A DNA stretch of 64,000 nt, from assembly GCA_017447805.1 (NCBI GenBank), contig JAFSMR010000039.1, positions 33,865 through 97,864 of the forward strand, written 5' to 3'. The stretch is from Kiritimatiellia bacterium. GTDB taxonomy: Bacteria; Verrucomicrobiota; Kiritimatiellia; RFP12; UBA1067. The position numbers and the translations under genes were made by a program. Shown here piece by piece: positions 58,433-64,000 of this stretch (position 1 is the stretch's first letter; each line of letters begins with the position of its first letter). The notes under the pieces are model-generated. The model was given only the letters and a program-made list of their open reading frames with translations, was not told the DNA's origin and made no database searches.

Positions 58433-58738
58433 TTATTTATTCACCCAGCAACCACCAGCGGCATTGCATTGTGGACATGCAGGTGCCATTACACAGTTCG
58501 TACACATCCGTTTACCACCATAACATGCAGTACACGCCCATCCCATAAATGTCCCCGTACCATTACAGACGGTGCATCTCATTTGCCCTGTTCCGTTGCA
58601 ATACGAACATAGGAACTTTCGCCCGTTGCATCGGGGACATGTTACCCAAACTAATTCTGCAATGGCAGAAAGTGCGATCATCGCAATTATAACAAGACCA
58701 ATTACTTTTAAGCGATTGAATCCGAGCTTCTTCTTCAT
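58433..58738 (-). CDS. Membrane-anchored DnaJ-type zinc-finger (CxxCxGxG repeat) protein
   Basis: 101 aa. N-terminal TM helix, then CPRCNGRK, CSYCNGTG, CTVCNGTG, CTACYGGK, CTNC and CPQCNAAG. Confidence 0.7.
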   Translation of the reverse strand: MKKKLGFNRLKVIGLVIIAMIALSAIAELVWVTCPRCNGRKFLCSYCNGTGQMRCTVCNGTGTFMGWACTACYGGKRMCTNCVMAPACPQCNAAGGCWVNK

Positions 58739-59076
58739 TTTACTTTTTCCTTGCGCCCTGTTTTCGTTTCACTTCGCAAGGATAGGGCCTGTCCTCGTTC
58801 CGTGTTGCCACTTACCGTCGGACACGAATCGAGAATATAAAAAACCTCTCTCCGTGTCTCCCTGAGGTTGTGAGAATTACCTTACCTGAAACACTAAGAG
58901 AGGAAGCGCGTTTGCGCTTTCCTGCTCTGTGCCGTCAGGTTTGAAACTTCTCACATTTCAGGGACGACTACAAGCAGCATTGCAAATTGCTGTCGGCGGA
59001 TTTCTCCCCGCCTTATCGTTTTAACTGTCTATGGGCTTTCTCCTTTCATTTCCAGTTTTACGATTTGAGATTGGTT

Positions 59077-59463
59077 TTAGAGCGCGGCGATTTCGTCGGC
59101 GGAAAGGCCGGTCAGTTCTGTGATGCTATCCGCTGGAAGTTTCTTGGACAACATCCGACGTGCGCAGATGACAGCACCTTGCCGCTCCCCTGCATCAAAG
59201 ACTCGTCTGAATTCCTTGTCAATTGAACTGGAAATTGGTTCTCGAAGCACCTTGCTTAGAAAATGACATTCCAGCATAATTGTATCACGAAAGTGGTCAA
59301 TCGTATTGTCACAACGTTCCCAATCCTTCTTGACCATAGGCTTGTTTTCCAGCATTTCAACATACTTCTTGATGTTTATAATGCTGTCAGCCAAGTCGGT
59401 GATTCGACTGGCGATGTGAGCGTCCACCTCTTCTGGTGTCATCTTTACTTCGTGCAGCCCCAT
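59077..59463 (-). CDS. Hypothetical protein with an Rpn-C-terminus-like HTH tail
   Basis: 128 aa. The tail ...LPADSITELTGLSADEIAAL resembles the C-terminus of the upstream PD-(D/E)XK protein (VEQVSKVTGLTPTEVETL). Overlaps that gene by 19 nt. Confidence 0.45.
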   Translation of the reverse strand: MGLHEVKMTPEEVDAHIASRITDLADSIINIKKYVEMLENKPMVKKDWERCDNTIDHFRDTIMLECHFLSKVLREPISSSIDKEFRRVFDAGERQGAVICARRMLSKKLPADSITELTGLSADEIAAL

Positions 59464-60329
59464 AAAGTCTCTACCTCAGTAGGCGTTAAACCCGTAACCT
59501 TTGAAACCTGTTCAACTGACATTCCGACTTCTTTAAGATTACAAATGGTCTGCCTTAATCTTTCCTTCACCGCATCGCGCTCGGCATGTGCCGCGTCAAT
59601 TTGCATCTGCGCCTCTCTCTTGACATCGGCGATAATCGTCCTTCTGCTGCTCACGATGTCCCAGAACCTGTCGTATGCATCCATCTCCGCAGGGCTGTAG
59701 GCAGACTCCCGCACAATCTCCAGCGCTTGCCCCGTATGTGGATTTTCGAGAAGATCCTGCGACACTTCGTCTGCGCCATCATGGCCAATTTCGGTGAGGA
59801 AACGGAGCCATAGAACCTGCATCTTCTTCTCGGTGAGGTTCTTCGCCTTGAACTTGGGGAGTTCGACAAAGACAAGATGCAAACCTTCCAGCACCTTGTC
59901 GGAGTGCAGGTAGTGGACAAGGCGGTAGTAGTGGTAGTAATCGTCCAAATCCGGCTCAAAGGTTGCGTTTACGAGGTTGAGCGAATAAACCGGCTGCAGC
60001 AATTCGTACTCGTCGCCTTTCTCAAGCTGTTTAACGTATGCCTTTGAAGCGTTGAGCAGAACGCGCTGCTTGAACGATGTCGTCCACTCCATCTGCATCT
60101 CGACGATGAACTTGCGCCCGCCAGTCTCCTCGCACCGCACATCAACGGAAGTGTTCTTGTTGATCGGAGTGCGCGGAACCATTTCCGCCGGCAGATATTC
60201 TATCGACTCGACCTGTTTGCCCTCGTCAAGAGGCAACAATGCGTTTAGCAAGCTCGTGACGAGATTTTTATGCTCGCCAAAAACCTTCTTGAATGTCACA
60301 TCCGCCTTAGGATCGAGGTATTTTGCCAT
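59445..60329 (-). mobile_element. PD-(D/E)XK nuclease family putative transposase (Rpn / PDDEXK_2 type)
   Basis: 294 aa. N-terminal YLDPKADVTFKKVFGEHKNL..., DV..E..G..FIVEMQ nuclease core and FVELPKF block. Confidence 0.8.
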
Positions 60330-60359
60330 ATCTTTTTTACTCCTACCGGAAACGCCGAT

Positions 60360-60388
60360 ATTATAGCATATTTTGCCTCGTATTTCAA
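60360..60388 (-). promoter_or_regulatory. Promoter of the Rpn-like gene
   Basis: On the minus strand: TTGAAA, 17 nt spacer, TGCTATAAT, then a leader of about 30 nt with GGAG. No C5/G5 tract. Confidence 0.5.
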
Positions 60389-60599
60389 TATGGCCAAGCT
60401 ATTTTCAGCATTTTCGCGTCTGTTCAAAAGTTCAGGTATTCAGGGTCGGTCAGCTCGCCCTACCATTCAACCTCTCTTCGTTATTCCCAAGTGAGAATTT
60501 GGGTCCTATATTCTCATTTGAAAACTTATCAAAAACCTCAAATATCCCCCTATAAATGGTTGTTTGCCTCGAAATATTCCTAATGGAGGGAAAATCTTT

Positions 60600-60720
60600 G
60601 GTAGATAGGTCCACCGCATTGCAATGGAGCTATCTACCATGGTCGACGGGGCCATCGCATTGCAATGGAGCTATCTACCATGGTCGACAGGGCCACCGCA
60701 TTGCGGTGGCGCTATCGACC
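60600..60720. repeat. Three tandem hairpin-forming units of about 41 bp (REP-like)
   Basis: Units at 60600-60640, 60641-60681 and 60682-60720 (GGT[A/C]GA[T/C]NGG[T/G]CCA[C/T]CGCATTGC[AA/GG]TGG[A/C]GCTATC[T/G]ACC). Confidence 0.85.
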
Positions 60721-60873
60721 AAAAACGAAACCTCCGCCACTTTTCTGGCGGCACCTTCGCGGTGGCCTGAGGGGTGACCGAACAACCTCAGCGCCTTGAG
60801 CGTTAGACAAAAACTCCAACGACAACTCGAAACTCGAACTACGGCGGCGCGCGGCGCCGCCATTCGTCATTTT

Positions 60874-61938
60874 TTACTTAAACTGGATAGATTCTATCAA
60901 GCTATCGAGATATGAGGCGGATTCGTTATTATCATAGAATGATAGATAAGCCGTCTTGCGCGAGTCACGGTCGTAAATAGCGATAAATCGCCAAATAATA
61001 GATTGATTATGCTGTATCAAATAGCATTCTTTAATGCGAACAAGCCTTCCGCTAGATGTATTAGTGCGACTCGAAATTACTTCCTCCAGCGCATCGGCAT
61101 ACAACTCATCGCGATTCGAGAGGCGTATTTCTTCAAATTCGCTCTCATCTTCCCCTCCATACGGCGAAGAAAACACACATCCAAAATATTCAGCCTCTTT
61201 GGTGACAACCGCGACATCGTGCGAACCAGGATCTGGCGTATATGCAAGGATAGCACCGGAAGGAATAGCAAACTTCACATGGCCATCAGTCGCAAAGTTC
61301 GGCGGCATATCAACTTGGGAATACTCTGCCTTACCCCAATTTTCCGCACGCTCCTTTATTCCTAAATATCCTATGCCGTAACTGATTAATGGCAATGCAA
61401 AAAGAAGTATCGCGATAAATTTTGTTTGGCTTGAAGTTTTACGGTATATCTTAGGGAATATATCGGCAACTTGCGCCGACTTGGCAAGATATGCAAGCCA
61501 CAAAATCGGGTAGAAAAAACCTCTTTTGACTTCTATAGCGGAATTTTGCGAAAGCCCCGCCGTTTCGCCACTACCCATATAGAACGAAACAATAGTAGTA
61601 GCGGCATTATAAACGAGCAAATACAAAAGGACAAATCTCAGCCAAAATATTGCATCGGTATCTCTGCGCACGGTACGGATTACGGCGTAAAAACCCATGA
61701 CAAGAATAGTTCCGGCAATAATAAAATCAAGGCTACCCAAAAATGGAGAAATCGCCATTGCGCTTTCGTCAAACTCTTTTGCTGCCGTAGCAATGGAAAG
61801 AAATCCACTGAGTATAACGGTGAAGAGAAAGAATGCAAACCAGCCTTTAATGCGTCTTGATTTCAATTCTTCTCTCGTAGGAGCGCCGACAACCGGGTCT
61901 AGCCCGGTTGTCTCGTTATTAATATAATCTTGGTTCAT
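60874..61938 (-). CDS. Hypothetical polytopic membrane protein with a C-terminal soluble domain
   Basis: 354 aa with about 6 TM helices in the N-terminal 190 aa. Confidence 0.6.
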   Translation of the reverse strand: MNQDYINNETTGLDPVVGAPTREELKSRRIKGWFAFFLFTVILSGFLSIATAAKEFDESAMAISPFLGSLDFIIAGTILVMGFYAVIRTVRRDTDAIFWLRFVLLYLLVYNAATTIVSFYMGSGETAGLSQNSAIEVKRGFFYPILWLAYLAKSAQVADIFPKIYRKTSSQTKFIAILLFALPLISYGIGYLGIKERAENWGKAEYSQVDMPPNFATDGHVKFAIPSGAILAYTPDPGSHDVAVVTKEAEYFGCVFSSPYGGEDESEFEEIRLSNRDELYADALEEVISSRTNTSSGRLVRIKECYLIQHNQSIIWRFIAIYDRDSRKTAYLSFYDNNESASYLDSLIESIQFK

Positions 61939-61954
61939 ATCAACAACCTATCGT

Positions 61955-63475
61955 TTATTCGATTGGTGCGCAGTTGATGTGGCGTTCGCGGATTAGGCGG
62001 CTGCGCATTACTGCTGCGCGGCGCTTGAAATCCGGCCAATCTTTGTTTTCAAGATTTGTCCAGAGGCATTCCGCGAGTGCACACATGCGAGGCCAAAGCT
62101 TCCATTCGTATTCGCTAGGGTTCCAGGAATATTCGGTCCAGTTGTTTCCCTGTCCGCCGAGAATATGCGCTTGCTCTTCTTCTGGAATTCCGGCAGTCGG
62201 ATTAAAGCCGTAGCATCTCTCGAGAGTAATCACGAGGCCATAGTTGATATATTCATAGGGATCATCGGCAATACCCTGAACCTGGTCGAGATAGCAAGGG
62301 TCGATCGGGGTCATTACCGCATCATTTCCGCGCTTTGCGGCATTGATGCCTCCACCCGGGCCTCTCCAGCTCATGACAATCGTATCTTTGCCGGGATTTC
62401 CATCGAGGATTTCATCCCAACCTACGGCTCTCTTGCCCTTCGAAGCGAGATACTTCGTGAAGTGATCGGTCATCCAACCCTGCAAGCCCTCTTCGCCTTC
62501 AAGGCCAAGTTCCTTGATGCGCGCTTGACACTTTGGACAGCTCTTCCAAGCTTTCTTCGGCGCTTCATCGCCGCCGATGTGGACGATGGGGCCTGGGAAA
62601 AGTTCACAAACTTCATCGAGAACATCCTCGAGGAATTTGATTGTATCATCATTGCCGCCGCAGAAAATATGCTCGCTTACACCCCAATGCCACCATGGGT
62701 CGAATTGCTCGCCTGTGCAGCCAAGCTGAGGATATGCGGAAATTGCCGCAAGCGCATGACCAGGCAGCTCAATTTCCGGGATAATCGTAATATGCCGCGC
62801 GGTTGCATAGGCGATGACTTCTTTTATATCTTCCTGCGTATAATAGAACGGCCCATACGGAATATTGTTATTCTGCCAATATGTTTGACAAGAAGGATCT
62901 TTCAAAACGACAGGCAAGGGGCTGCCTGGGCGTATAGAGCCGACTTCGGTAAGGCGCGGATATTTCTTGATTTCGATTCTCCAGCCCTGATCTTCGGTAA
63001 GGTGCCAATGAAGGACATTCAATTTATTCAGCGCCATTGCATCGAGAGTCTTCAAAAGCGCTTCTTTACCCATGAAATGGCGGCAGTCATCCCAGTGAAC
63101 GCCTCGCCACTTAAAACGCGGGGCATCTACGATTTCGACGCAGGGGACGCCTTCTTGAGAACGAAGCTGAGCGAGAGTCTGCATCGCATAAAATTTACCG
63201 GCCTCGGTTGAATATGCTACCTTAAGGGAATTTGTCTCGACGACGAGCCTATAGCCTTCTTCCGGGATAGCCCCATCCATCTCATAAGAAATAGCTTCGG
63301 CGATATTGCCCGTAAAGACGCCTTCCTTTTCTACAATACTATTGGGCGCGGGGATTACATTTAGCGCGGCACCCTGTATCGCGCCGCAGACAACTACCGC
63401 GATGGCTGCTGTAGTGATCTTTGCCGGAGTCTTCATGTTGGGTTGTTTCCTTTCTCTCTTTTTTGTGTCGTTCAT
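61955..63475 (-). CDS. GH20 beta-N-acetylhexosaminidase
   Basis: 506 aa with the HIGGDE catalytic block and a signal peptide. An alternative start at 63436 (MKTPAKITTAA...) has a better SD. Confidence 0.85.
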   Translation of the reverse strand: MNDTKKRERKQPNMKTPAKITTAAIAVVVCGAIQGAALNVIPAPNSIVEKEGVFTGNIAEAISYEMDGAIPEEGYRLVVETNSLKVAYSTEAGKFYAMQTLAQLRSQEGVPCVEIVDAPRFKWRGVHWDDCRHFMGKEALLKTLDAMALNKLNVLHWHLTEDQGWRIEIKKYPRLTEVGSIRPGSPLPVVLKDPSCQTYWQNNNIPYGPFYYTQEDIKEVIAYATARHITIIPEIELPGHALAAISAYPQLGCTGEQFDPWWHWGVSEHIFCGGNDDTIKFLEDVLDEVCELFPGPIVHIGGDEAPKKAWKSCPKCQARIKELGLEGEEGLQGWMTDHFTKYLASKGKRAVGWDEILDGNPGKDTIVMSWRGPGGGINAAKRGNDAVMTPIDPCYLDQVQGIADDPYEYINYGLVITLERCYGFNPTAGIPEEEQAHILGGQGNNWTEYSWNPSEYEWKLWPRMCALAECLWTNLENKDWPDFKRRAAVMRSRLIRERHINCAPIE

Positions 63476-63492
63476 TTAGGGTTGTTCCAGGG

Positions 63493-64000
63493 CTAGCGAG
63501 ATAACACGAGCGTTATCAAACCGACCGAAATACAATAAATTCCGAATAGCCAGAAATTCTTGCCGCGGAGCATTTTAACGAGAATGACAAGCGAATAATA
63601 GCCCACGACCGCAGAAATCGCCGAGCCAAAGATTACAAGCGGCCACGAAGTTTCGTCCGCAATCGGATTCTTAAGCGATTTCACGAGTTCCAGTATTGCC
63701 GCGCCCATGATAAGCGGCGCAGACATAAGGAACGAAAATTCGGCAGCCTTATCGCCATCCACCCTGCCGCCACGGGCGCTAGCGAGGGTCATGCCGCTTC
63801 GCGATATTCCGGGCAGTAGCGCGACTGCTTGCGCCGCGCCCATGATCAGCGCCCTCAAAAGGCTTACATCTTTCGTGCCGCGCGGCAAATATCGCGTGCC
63901 AAGCACTACTGCGCCTGTGAACATCAAAAGCGCGCCTACCATTTTCGAATTCTCGAATAAATCTTCGATTTGTTCGCGAAAAGAAAAATAGACTATTATC
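63493..64000 (-). CDS. uppP: Undecaprenyl-diphosphatase (N-terminus beyond the window edge)
   Basis: BacA/UppP blocks (AQAVALLPGISRSGMT, FSFLMSAP). The frame stays open from 63942 up to base 64000. Confidence 0.85.
   Translation of the reverse strand, partial: IIVYFSFREQIEDLFENSKMVGALLMFTGAVVLGTRYLPRGTKDVSLLRALIMGAAQAVALLPGISRSGMTLASARGGRVDGDKAAEFSFLMSAPLIMGAAILELVKSLKNPIADETSWPLVIFGSAISAVVGYYSLVILVKMLRGKNFWLFGIYCISVGLITLVLSR

Noticed and set aside
58739-59076. Riboswitch or attenuator in the 340-bp region upstream of the RiPP operon
   Set aside because: It contains hairpins (for example GGAAGCGC-gttt-GCGCTTTCC at 58902-58922) and non-nested inverted 7-mers. I recognise no riboswitch consensus and could not define a convincing promoter, so it is left unannotated.
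50918-60329. Prophage or integrative element
   Set aside because: No integrase, capsid, terminase or conjugation genes are present. Only a PD-(D/E)XK putative transposase is found, so I describe the region only as a compositional island.
60556-60777. 73-aa plus-strand ORF across the hairpin repeats
   Set aside because: Its sequence is just the translated tandem 41-bp repeats (a repeated LQWSYLPWS-type string). It has no RBS, so it is most likely an artefact.
62165-63211. 348-aa plus-strand ORF
   Set aside because: It is antisense to the GH20 hexosaminidase gene (HIGGDE motif) and has no recognisable domain.

Overview
Bacterial chromosomal segment with a backbone of about 50-58% GC (spot counts only) made up mostly of housekeeping genes. 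These include a GspE/PilB ATPase, alaS, tRNA-Arg(CCU), a nifU-like gene, folK, hrpB, glgP, pnp-rpsO, the dcw-cluster tail ddl-ftsQ-ftsA-ftsZ, mutL, dnaE, murA, rsfS, eno, gyrA and uppP. Glycoside hydrolases (GH35, GH20) and transporters are also present. A divergent FtsZ, a MurA with Asp at the fosfomycin-target position and the glycan-degrading genes are compatible with a PVC-superphylum-like organism, but that is a low-confidence inference. The standout region is an AT-rich segment of about 8 kb (about 50.9-58.8 kb; about 37-38% GC in spot counts). It is a tight minus-strand operon with three tandem small genes for Cys-rich peptides: a shared leader followed by strict C-x3-C repeats. It also encodes two paralogous radical SAM/SPASM enzymes, a ClpP-fold serine protease, a peptidase-less ABC exporter, a membrane-anchored DnaJ-type zinc-finger protein and a Sel1-repeat protein. 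This is a candidate RiPP system whose chemistry is, to my knowledge, uncharacterised. It sits next to a PD-(D/E)XK (Rpn-type) putative transposase and is bracketed by structured repeats and an imperfect 22-23 bp direct repeat. Across the backbone I also see a recurrent promoter architecture: a C5 or G5 tract abutting a TAGAC/TTGNC-type -35, a 17-18 nt spacer and an extended -10. At least six of these promoters sit 6-9 nt from the start codon, implying leaderless mRNAs. All calls come from reading the sequence and ORF translations; no database search was run.
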